Assembly: GCA_045539655.1 (NCBI GenBank)
Contig: JAZQFT010000010.1
Coordinates: 10,884-74,883, forward strand
Origin: Ruminococcus sp.
GTDB lineage: Bacteria > Bacillota > Clostridia > Oscillospirales > Acutalibacteraceae
Direction: 5' to 3'
Length of the DNA stretch: 64,000 nucleotides
Positions 1 to 7,652 of the stretch are shown here, in pieces. Within the stretch, counting starts at the first letter, position 1; each line of letters starts with the position of its first letter. The notes under the pieces were generated by a model, which was given only the letters and a program-made list of their open reading frames with translations, was not told the origin of the DNA and did no database searches. The position numbers and the translations under genes are program-made.

Positions 1-1980
1 ACCAGTTTGTCCGAATAATGGTGCTGCTTTTCCAGTAAGCACAGTGGTGCCTTTTTGAAGTAAAAAGGATGATGTATTTGTCATTGTATTGCTTGATGGA
101 AGTGATAATAAACTACGTGCACTTGAACCGTAATTATTTGGAGAAACCCAATGTCCTAACTCTTTAGTTGTTCCGCCCCAAGTTCTATAAACAGTTGTGT
201 CCATTTTAAGAGTTTGAACTTTTGGTGTTCCCTTATATGAAGAAAGAACTTCTTTCGGGTTTGCGCCATTACTTCTTAGGTAATTTGCTGCACTAGAGTA
301 ATTCGAGTATCCATTGACACCACCCGTTATAGCACCACTTATAGCACCACTTAAAGCTCCATCTGCCATTCCGTTTAACGTACCATCGCGCGTCCTTGTA
401 CTCGCATATCCTATTGCTGCACCAGTAGCAGCACCTACAGCCAAGCCTATCGCAGCACCCTTAGCAGCACCTACAGCGATTGCAGCTATAGCGGTACCCG
501 CTCCAGCAGTAGCAACGGTAACCGCTGCTACAACAGCCACAACAGCAACTACAGTAGCTGCGACTACAAGTTTCTTTGCCCATTTCGGCCAGTTGCCGTC
601 TGAATCCGACTGATTAACAGGATTATTCATACAATATGTGAATAAGTTATATCCTTTTACAGACTCCCCTATACCAGCTACAACATTATCCACATTGATA
701 AACCTATGAGTAACAGGGTCGTAATAACGGCTCTGTAAATAGTAGAAGCCACTGTCAGTATCGTAGTAATAACTTCTGTAACGGAAAGGCTGGGTATGAG
801 CGATATCATTTTCATCAGTAATTGCTGTGCCGTCTGCATCGGTTACCGAGGTTTTATTACCCCATGGATCGTAGGTGTACTTTGCACATACTGCACCGTT
901 AGCATCATACAAACCAACTACGTCGTTACGACTGTTCAATGCATAGTAATAGTACGTTGGGGTAGCACTCTCAGTCGCTCTGTGTTTGAGCATACGGATA
1001 CAGCCGTTGGCATCGTAGCTGTAGTCGAAAATCTCGTTACCACGTGTTTCTTGGACTAATAGTCCTTCATTATAGAGATAGGTGTAGTTTGTGTTGCCTA
1101 TTTTCTTTGTAAGGCGCATACCGTCTGTATCGTAAGTATATTCTACAGTTGTATCACCTTTAGTATAACTACTAAGCTGTCTGCCGTTTGACCAAGTAAG
1201 GTCTATATCGTCGCGATATTTAAGTGGGTTACCTATCTCGTCATAGGTGATAGCCTGTCCGTTGTATGCAGTAAGTAGGTCACCCCAAGAAGCGTCATCG
1301 TAACTGTAGGTGTTCGTTTTAGATAATACCTCTGAACTGCCTGAAATATCATATATTTTTTCTTCAGTGATATTTCCGCCATTGTAGGTATAAACATACT
1401 TTTTGTTATGCTTATAATCAACCGCTTGAGTGAGCTGGTCGAGTGCATCGTAGGTGTAATTTTCTATCACTGATTCTGTGGAAACGTTGTTTTCGTCGGT
1501 CACAGTTTCCAGTATTTCAGTGATGCTGTAGTTCTTGTTGTACTTGTATCTATAGTTGAACGCACCGCTTTTTTCGGTACGTACAACATCGGTCAGCTTG
1601 TCAAAGCTCGAGCCATCAACTCTGAAATATGTATATTCTGTCTTGATAGGAGTAGTGGTGTTGATTTCCACTAATTTTGGAAGACAAACCGTGTCGAAGA
1701 CGTAGGCTAGCTTTTTGCCATTGCTAAAGGTCGATAGCTCAGGCAAATTGTCAGCACCGTAGGTGTACTGGGTGACGTTGCTGCCGTATGGGGTCAAAGC
1801 GACGAACTTCGTCATATTATTGTTGAGGTCGAAGTCGTACTCGAACATAGCCACTCGAGTGTTAGTATCCGTTTTTGTGCGAGTTGAGCTTATCAATCGA
1901 CCTGTACTATCATATACATAATTGTACTGTAATTTGTTGTTGCGGTCTGCAAGAAAGAGTGTTGTTTCGATGTATGACAA
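1..1980 (-). CDS. Orphan RHS/YD-repeat polymorphic toxin module (N-terminally truncated; 3' end runs off the window) with Ala/Gly-rich hydrophobic segment and TNT/NADase-like C-terminal domain
   Basis: Not in the ORF track because no stop lies inside the window. Manual translation of the frame ending at base 1 is open from TGA at 2038-2040. It shows YD repeats, the RHS core PFRYRSYYYDTDSGFYYLQSRYYDP...NLFTYCMNNPVNQSDSDG, a hydrophobic stretch, then VYRTWGG..GHWVSP..ARSLLSLP..GKAAPLFGQTG. The TTG at 1980 is a nominal start only. Confidence 0.85.
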   Translation of the reverse strand, partial: MSYIETTLFLADRNNKLQYNYVYDSTGRLISSTRTKTDTNTRVAMFEYDFDLNNNMTKFVALTPYGSNVTQYTYGADNLPELSTFSNGKKLAYVFDTVCLPKLVEINTTTPIKTEYTYFRVDGSSFDKLTDVVRTEKSGAFNYRYKYNKNYSITEILETVTDENNVSTESVIENYTYDALDQLTQAVDYKHNKKYVYTYNGGNITEEKIYDISGSSEVLSKTNTYSYDDASWGDLLTAYNGQAITYDEIGNPLKYRDDIDLTWSNGRQLSSYTKGDTTVEYTYDTDGMRLTKKIGNTNYTYLYNEGLLVQETRGNEIFDYSYDANGCIRMLKHRATESATPTYYYYALNSRNDVVGLYDANGAVCAKYTYDPWGNKTSVTDADGTAITDENDIAHTQPFRYRSYYYDTDSGFYYLQSRYYDPVTHRFINVDNVVAGIGESVKGYNLFTYCMNNPVNQSDSDGNWPKWAKKLVVAATVVAVVAVVAAVTVATAGAGTAIAAIAVGAAKGAAIGLAVGAATGAAIGYASTRTRDGTLNGMADGALSGAISGAITGGVNGYSNYSSAANYLRSNGANPKEVLSSYKGTPKVQTLKMDTTVYRTWGGTTKELGHWVSPNNYGSSARSLLSLPSSNTMTNTSSFLLQKGTTVLTGKAAPLFGQTG
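698..1321. repeat. RHS core direct repeat, copy A
   Basis: Aligns with 3215-3838 at a constant offset of 2517; includes an 86-bp identical tract (1169-1254 = 3686-3771). Confidence 0.9.
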
Positions 1981-2000
1981 ATTATCATGTATCGGTGTTA

Positions 2001-2065
2001 GGCGGTGGGTGTCCACCGCCTTTTTACTTTTTACTCGTCAACACAAGAGAAACATTCTCTTGTGT
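2001..2065. terminator. Two hairpins between the immunity gene and the next RHS cassette
   Basis: GGCGGTGG-gtgt-CCACCGCC followed by TTTTT (2001-2025), and ACACAAGAGAA-aca-TTCTCTTGTGT (2041-2065). Confidence 0.6.
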
Positions 2066-2602
2066 TTAATTTTGAACTCTCCACGCTTCATAATCGGACA
2101 CATAGTAATACCAGTCTGCCTTGTTGAGTGATTCTTGCACTGTTAAGAATTCGATATCTAAATTTCCTGTCCCGTCGTTTGAAAACGAGAAGCCTCTAAA
2201 ACATCCAAAATCATTCTTCCATCTTTCAAAATAAATAGTGTTATTTTTTTTAGCAATTTTAACATAACCTTTTTCAAATAAGCTAGATATAACCTCTAGT
2301 ATGTACTCATCAGTTATTTTAATTTCATTGCCAAATCCTATATCTATTTGACCTAGTGCATCGTATATGTAGGCATTGGGAATATCTTTCAATGATACCA
2401 AATACTCCACAACTTGTATCAACTCATCATAATCATCTTCAAAGACTAATAGCAGATCATTGTAAGTGTGCTTGAAAGTGGTGTTATTAGCGCTCGGCGT
2501 GTTACACAATAAAAAACTCAACAAAATAAACAACAAAATAAAAACAATTGCAAGAAAATAGCAAAAGTGTTTTTTATTCATTTTTAGCTCCTTTTCTTTC
2601 AT
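2066..2602 (-). CDS. Putative cognate immunity protein with N-terminal signal/TM helix
   Basis: 178 aa, AT-rich. Overlaps the toxin stop by 4 nt, the typical toxin-immunity arrangement. Hydrophobic N-terminus FCYFLAIVFILLFILLSFLL. Confidence 0.65.
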   Translation of the reverse strand: MKEKELKMNKKHFCYFLAIVFILLFILLSFLLCNTPSANNTTFKHTYNDLLLVFEDDYDELIQVVEYLVSLKDIPNAYIYDALGQIDIGFGNEIKITDEYILEVISSLFEKGYVKIAKKNNTIYFERWKNDFGCFRGFSFSNDGTGNLDIEFLTVQESLNKADWYYYVSDYEAWRVQN

Positions 2603-3636
2603 TTACAATTAATACGCGCATCCATATACCCTTTAGTGATTGGTACCCAATCAAAAAATTCGTTGTGGAGTGCAGCTCCTTCCATAGGCATGTTCGCAGC
2701 ATAATAAGAGCCCGCATATAATACAGGCAGGGGGATTTTGTACGAATAACCTAAATAGCCATAAGTATAGTTGCCTAGCTCTTCAACCGTTGTAAGTGAA
2801 TCATGATATATTACTTTTACACCAAAACCTGGATAAGGTGTTCCTAAGGTATCTGTCCAAGGTTTTTCCCTCTTAATATCCCAAGGAGCTTCATGATTAA
2901 CTAGGTTATAAAATTGTTTGTAAAGTTGTTTTTCGTATTCAAAACTATAAGAATTGGGGCTTAACAAACTATTCAAATTTTGTGCATATTGCGATTCTGG
3001 GATCAATTTAGAATCCACTTCGTCAGATACATCTCTATACCGATTATCCATACATCCAGGCTTTCCCGGACCTGGACAGGGACCTTGGTACCCCTGTGAC
3101 CATGCTAAAGAGCACAAACCAAGAGGATCGCTGGATGCAACTGGATTGTTTATGCAATATGCAAATAAGTTATAGCCTAAAATATCACTTTCAAGTAATA
3201 TACTATCAGAGTTTATAAACCTATGTGTAACAGGGTCATAATAACGGCTTTGGAGATAGTAGAAACCGCTGTCTGTATCGTAATAATAACTACGATAACG
3301 GAAAGGCTGGGTGTGAGCGATGTTGTTTGTATCAGTAATCGCAGTACCGGATGCATTTGTTACGGAAGTGATGTTGCCCCATGGGTCGTAGGTGTACTTT
3401 GCACATACTGCACCGTTAGCATCATACAAACCAACTACGTCGTTACGAGAATTCAATGCGTAGTAGTAATAGGATGGTGTAGCACTCTCAGTCGCTCTGT
3501 AAGCTAGCATACTAATTCGACCGTTTGCATCGTAGCTGTAGTCGAAAATCTCGTCACCACGAGTTTCTTGAACTAATAGTCCATTTTTATAAAGATAGGT
3601 GTACAACTTGCCATCTACGGTCTTAGTAAGACGCAT
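2599..3636 (-). CDS. Orphan RHS module with Ntox44-type C-terminal toxin
   Basis: RHS core motifs and a DPLG boundary; tip carries PWDIK and ELGNYTYGYLG, typical of Ntox44. RHS homology continues in frame upstream to about 3840 with no ATG, so it is a truncated cassette. Confidence 0.85.
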   Translation of the reverse strand: MRLTKTVDGKLYTYLYKNGLLVQETRGDEIFDYSYDANGRISMLAYRATESATPSYYYYALNSRNDVVGLYDANGAVCAKYTYDPWGNITSVTNASGTAITDTNNIAHTQPFRYRSYYYDTDSGFYYLQSRYYDPVTHRFINSDSILLESDILGYNLFAYCINNPVASSDPLGLCSLAWSQGYQGPCPGPGKPGCMDNRYRDVSDEVDSKLIPESQYAQNLNSLLSPNSYSFEYEKQLYKQFYNLVNHEAPWDIKREKPWTDTLGTPYPGFGVKVIYHDSLTTVEELGNYTYGYLGYSYKIPLPVLYAGSYYAANMPMEGAALHNEFFDWVPITKGYMDARINCK

Positions 3637-3838
3637 ACCGTCAGTGTCGTAGGTGTATTCTACAGTTGTATCGCCTTTTGTATAGCTACTAAGCTGTCTG
3701 CCGTTTGACCAAGTAAGGTCTATATCGTCGCGATATTTAAGTGGGTTACCTATCTCGTCATAGGTGATAGCTTGTCCGTTGTACGCAGTGAGCAGGTCGC
3801 CCCAAGAAGCGTCATCATAAGAATAGGTGTTCGTTTTA
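3215..3838. repeat. RHS core direct repeat, copy B
   Basis: Homologous to 698-1321. Confidence 0.9.
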
Positions 3839-3867
3839 TATTTTAACTCAACTATCTCTTTTCTTGT

Positions 3868-3895
3868 ATTGTATCATATTTAGATTACAAATCAA
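3868..3895 (-). promoter_or_regulatory. Putative sigma-A promoter in front of the truncated RHS cassette
   Basis: Minus strand reads TTGATT-16 nt-TACAAT with extended -10 TG (TGaTACAAT). Confidence 0.45.
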
Positions 3896-3917
3896 TTATT
3901 TTTTTAAAGAAAGTAAT

Positions 3918-3950
3918 AAAAGAGAGCCGCTCTGATGAGCGACTCTTTTT
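3918..3950 (-). terminator. Intrinsic terminator between tRNA region and RHS cassettes
   Basis: Minus strand GAGTCGCTC-atca-GAGCGGCTC followed by a T-rich tail. Confidence 0.6.
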
Positions 3951-4008
3951 TGCTAATTATTAACACGTTTATACTGCATCCTACAGAGTAGAAAATGTTG
4001 TGTGCTGA

Positions 4009-4065
4009 AAAACAGTTCACAGAACTGTTTTCCTTAACGCACAGACCCTCTAGGGTTCAAGAGGC
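4009..4065. repeat. REP-like palindrome plus 13-bp inverted copy of the tRNA anticodon arm
   Basis: AAAACAGTTC-aca-GAACTGTTTT (4009-4031). GGGTTCAAGAGGC (4053-4065) is the reverse complement of 4165-4177. Confidence 0.45.
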
Positions 4066-4099
4066 TCGTTGTAATTCATATCAACCTGAAACAAAAAAC

Positions 4100-4130
4100 A
4101 AAGAGCAGTCCAAAACAAGACTGCTCTTTG
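4100..4130 (-). terminator. tRNA terminator
   Basis: CAAAGAGCAGTC / GACTGCTCTTTG inverted repeat just past the tRNA 3' end. Confidence 0.7.
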
Positions 4131-4135
4131 CTTTC

Positions 4136-4212
4136 TGGTCCGAGTGACAGGAGTCGAACCTGCGGCCTCTTGAACCCCATTCAAGCGCGCTACCAAACTG
4201 CGCCACACCCGG
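4136..4212 (-). tRNA. tRNA-Pro (anticodon GGG)
   Basis: CCGGGTG/CACTCGG acceptor stem, D arm GCGC-AGTTTGGTA-GCGC, anticodon arm CTTGA-ATGGGGT-TCAAG, T loop GGTTCGACTCC, encoded CCA. Confidence 0.95.
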
Positions 4213-4280
4213 AAATATAAGACAATATATTATATGCTACAGTTTGAGTTTATATCGCCTTTACTACTTTATAATGAGCG

Positions 4281-5039
4281 TTATATTTTGTCAAGTGTAT
4301 CGACAAAATGTGTCACACTTTTTATGACTGCTGTTTTGAAATTATCTTCGTAGTAGCAGTGACCGCTATTGTCAAACGACTGCACGCTGACTCTATCGTT
4401 GTCAGCGAAATACGAAGCTGATTTTATGCTGACGAGCTCGTCATTTTTGCTGAAATAAGCGTGAGCAGGAATGCTCAGCTTTTCTGCTTTGGCTTTTGTG
4501 TCACGACAGAGTTTCAACAGCTCAAGAAAACGTGGAATGGTTGGTATGTACTGCCACAGGTACGGTGTGAGCTTTATGCTTACGTCGTTGTACGTTGCAA
4601 GCTCAACGGGGTTTTCTTCGTTGATTTTTCCGAAAGAAAACTTGAGTGAGCGCATAAACATCACAGGCTTTACAAACACTTTCAGCGGAGTATTCAAAAG
4701 CACCATAGCTTTTATCTGCGGAAATTTTTCAACAAGCTCAAGTGTCAGCAAAGTGCCTAAAGAGTAGCCGATGACAAGTATTTTTGAGTGCGTTTTTGAA
4801 AGCTTTGTGAGATGATGAAGTACTTGTGCTCTCCACTTTTTCATAGATGTTTTTGAAAAATCACGGACTGTTCCACCGTGTCCGTCAAGCAGAATATTGC
4901 ACACGGAATAATCAGCAGGGATATGTGGCAGTATGAAGTCGAAATGACGTGGGGTGGACATAATTCCATGCACCATAAACACAGCGGTGTCGGCGTTTTC
5001 TACTATTCTGATAAAGCTTTCGTGAGCTTTCGTATTCAT
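4281..5039 (-). CDS. Alpha/beta-hydrolase (carboxylesterase/lysophospholipase-like)
   Basis: HG oxyanion motif (MVHGI), GYSLG nucleophile elbow, D (DELV) and H (SGHC) triad residues. Confidence 0.85.
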   Translation of the reverse strand: MNTKAHESFIRIVENADTAVFMVHGIMSTPRHFDFILPHIPADYSVCNILLDGHGGTVRDFSKTSMKKWRAQVLHHLTKLSKTHSKILVIGYSLGTLLTLELVEKFPQIKAMVLLNTPLKVFVKPVMFMRSLKFSFGKINEENPVELATYNDVSIKLTPYLWQYIPTIPRFLELLKLCRDTKAKAEKLSIPAHAYFSKNDELVSIKSASYFADNDRVSVQSFDNSGHCYYEDNFKTAVIKSVTHFVDTLDKI

Positions 5040-5144
5040 ATCCGCACCCCCTAGTAGTTCATATATTTATTATATACTAAAATCAACAGTGAGTAAATAG
5101 AAAAGCCACCCAAAACGGATGGCTTTGAATCATATTCTGTGAAA

Positions 5145-6365
5145 TCAGTCGTTTTCAGGGAAGAACTTGTCGTGGATAGCTTCGACTGCGAGATCAGCGT
5201 CACGCTTGTCAATCAGGACTGATACCTTGATTTCAGATGTTGAGATCATCTGGATGTTGATCTGTCTGTCATAGAGAGCTTCGAACATTTTTGAAGCGAC
5301 ACCTGCGTGTGTTTCCATACCAGCACCAACGATAGAAACCTTAGCGATGTTTTCGTCACAGATAACCTCACCTGCGCCAATGTTGTCAGCAAAAGCTTTC
5401 ACGATTTCGACAGCTTCTTTGCCTTTGTCCTTAGGTACTGTGAAGGTGATGTCCTTTGTGTTGTCACGGCCGATAGACTGCAAAATGATGTCGACGTTGA
5501 TGTCTCTTGCTGAGAGCTTTGAGAACATTTTGAAAGCAAGACCTGGCTTGTCAGGGATACAGGTGACTGAGATACGAGCAACGTTGGTGTCTTTTGCTAC
5601 ACCGCTAATAAGCATTTTTTCCATTTTAGGTTTCTCCTTTACAATAGTGCCCGGCTTGTTGGTCAGGCTTGATAGTACTTCGAGTTCAATGTTATATTTC
5701 TTTGCCATTTCTACTGAACGGTTGTTGAGCACCTGTGCACCCAGTGTTGCGAGCTCAAGCATCTCGTCATATGAGATCTCAGGCAGCTTTACAGCGCTCT
5801 TGACCTTTCTTGGGTCAGCTGTGTAAACACCCTCGACGTCAGTGTAAATCTGGCACAAGTCAGCGTGCATAGCAGCAGCGATAGCTACAGCAGATGTATC
5901 TGAGCCGCCACGACCGAGAGTAGTGACATCGTCATAGCGTGACAGTCCCTGGAAGCCTGCAACTACGACGATTTTGCGTGAGTCAAGCTCCTTTTTGATT
6001 CTCAGGGTGTCAACCTTGCGGATACGTGCTGATGTGTGAGCTGATGTTGTTTTGAAGCCAGCCTGCCAGCCAAGCAGAGAAACTGATGGACAGCCGAGCT
6101 TCTGGATAGTCATAGCTAAAAGTGCAATAGAAATCTGTTCGCCTGCAGCGAGAAGCATATCCATCTCACGCTTTGAAGCACTTTTTTCGCCGTTGACTTC
6201 CTGTGCTTTTTCGATGAGGTCATCAGTGGTGTCGCCCTGAGCTGATACTACAACGACGACGTCGTTACCTTCTTTGTATTTGTCTGTTACTATCTTTGCG
6301 ACATTGAACAGGTGCTCAGTGTCTTTGACTGAGCTGCCGCCAAATTTCTGTACAATTAAACTCAT
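5145..6365 (-). CDS. lysC: Aspartate kinase (two ACT domains)
   Basis: VQKFGGSSV, TTLGRGGSDTSAVA, YTDVEGVYTADPR, ISTSEIKVS. Confidence 0.97.
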   Translation of the reverse strand: MSLIVQKFGGSSVKDTEHLFNVAKIVTDKYKEGNDVVVVVSAQGDTTDDLIEKAQEVNGEKSASKREMDMLLAAGEQISIALLAMTIQKLGCPSVSLLGWQAGFKTTSAHTSARIRKVDTLRIKKELDSRKIVVVAGFQGLSRYDDVTTLGRGGSDTSAVAIAAAMHADLCQIYTDVEGVYTADPRKVKSAVKLPEISYDEMLELATLGAQVLNNRSVEMAKKYNIELEVLSSLTNKPGTIVKEKPKMEKMLISGVAKDTNVARISVTCIPDKPGLAFKMFSKLSARDINVDIILQSIGRDNTKDITFTVPKDKGKEAVEIVKAFADNIGAGEVICDENIAKVSIVGAGMETHAGVASKMFEALYDRQINIQMISTSEIKVSVLIDKRDADLAVEAIHDKFFPEND

Positions 6366-6377
6366 TGTTCTCTCCTT

Positions 6378-7622
6378 TTACAGATCTCCGATTCTGATAG
6401 CGGACTCAACCTTGATGTCGCTATCATTGAGGATATCGATATTTTTAAGAATAGTGCTGTATGCAAGTGGTTCGCACACAAAGGCGATTTCGCCCTGTTT
6501 TGCATCAGGATTTTCAAGGATGTGGATATCGCTGAAAAGCTCTTTTGCTTTATTATATGCAAAGGTGGTGTCAGTTGCGTTAGCACGGATGTACATAGCT
6601 GTGACACTGTCTTTGTAGTCAATAACAGAGGAGTTGTCGGAATCTGTCCAGAAAAGGTATTTTCTGTTTTTCAGATGTTTTACGCAGTCGACAACGTCAG
6701 CGACAACAGCAGAAGCTGTAGGGAGCTTTCCGGCACCCTTGCCGTAGAACACTACGTCGCCTGTACAGTCGCCACGCACCATGATGCCGTTGAAAACGTC
6801 GTCGATGTTAGCGAGCTGGCTGTTGTATGGTACAAACATAGGTGCAACCACGATGTCACACATTTTGTTTTCTAGACGCTTGACCTTGCCGATGAGCTTG
6901 ATAACGCCGCCCCAGATGGAAGCGTACTTCACGTCGTCTAGTGTAATTTTTGTGATACCTTGAGTATGTACTGCGTCGGGATAGATGTGCTTGCCGAAAG
7001 CTAAAGAAGCAAGGATACAAATCTTTCTGCACGCATCGTGACCTTCAACGTCAGCCTCAGGGTTACGCTCAGCGTAGCCGAGCTGTTGTGCGAGCTTTAA
7101 CGCACAGTCAAAGTCCATACCCTCGTTGATCATTTTTGTGAGGATAAAGTTTGTAGTACCGTTTAAGATACCTGCTATCTCGGATACGTTGTTGGCAACC
7201 AGACACTGGTTGATAGGACGGATAATCGGGATACCACCGCCGACAGATGCTTCGAAAAGGAAGTTGGTGTTGTTTTCCTTAGCTATTTCGAGCAACTCAG
7301 CGCCGTGTGCGGCGACGAGCTCTTTGTTGGAGGTGACAACGCTTTTGCCACAAAGCAGACAGCGTTTTACATAATCATAAGCGGGGTTAAGACCACCCAT
7401 AACCTCGACAACTACACGCACATCAATGTCGTTTATGATGTCATCAAAGCTTTTTGTGAAACGATCAGCGAGCGGACTGTCAGGGAATTCACGCAAATCC
7501 AAGATGTGCTTTACGTAGATTTCTTCGCCGACTGAGGTGAAGAGTTTGTTTTTGTGTGTCGTTAGAATTTCTGCGACACCTGAGCCAACTACACCGTGGC
7601 CCATAATTGCAACTGAAACCAT
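6378..7622 (-). CDS. hom: Homoserine dehydrogenase
   Basis: GHGVVGSG Rossmann motif, VVTSNK, FEASVGGGIP, GILNGTTNFIL, ADVEGHDACRK. Confidence 0.96.
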   Translation of the reverse strand: MVSVAIMGHGVVGSGVAEILTTHKNKLFTSVGEEIYVKHILDLREFPDSPLADRFTKSFDDIINDIDVRVVVEVMGGLNPAYDYVKRCLLCGKSVVTSNKELVAAHGAELLEIAKENNTNFLFEASVGGGIPIIRPINQCLVANNVSEIAGILNGTTNFILTKMINEGMDFDCALKLAQQLGYAERNPEADVEGHDACRKICILASLAFGKHIYPDAVHTQGITKITLDDVKYASIWGGVIKLIGKVKRLENKMCDIVVAPMFVPYNSQLANIDDVFNGIMVRGDCTGDVVFYGKGAGKLPTASAVVADVVDCVKHLKNRKYLFWTDSDNSSVIDYKDSVTAMYIRANATDTTFAYNKAKELFSDIHILENPDAKQGEIAFVCEPLAYSTILKNIDILNDSDIKVESAIRIGDL

Positions 7623-7652
7623 AATATGTGAACCTCTTTAAATATAATCTAG

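Noticed and set aside
314-613. 99-aa Ala/Pro/Thr-rich plus-strand ORF, plus 796-1059, 2954-3175 and 3223-3507
   Set aside because: These are antisense shadows of the RHS toxin frames; the minus-strand frame carries the recognisable motifs.
3950-4090. Possible 6S or SRP RNA next to the tRNA
   Set aside because: No SRP GGAA/AGCAG domain-IV motif and no long 6S-like rod with a central bubble could be built by eye.
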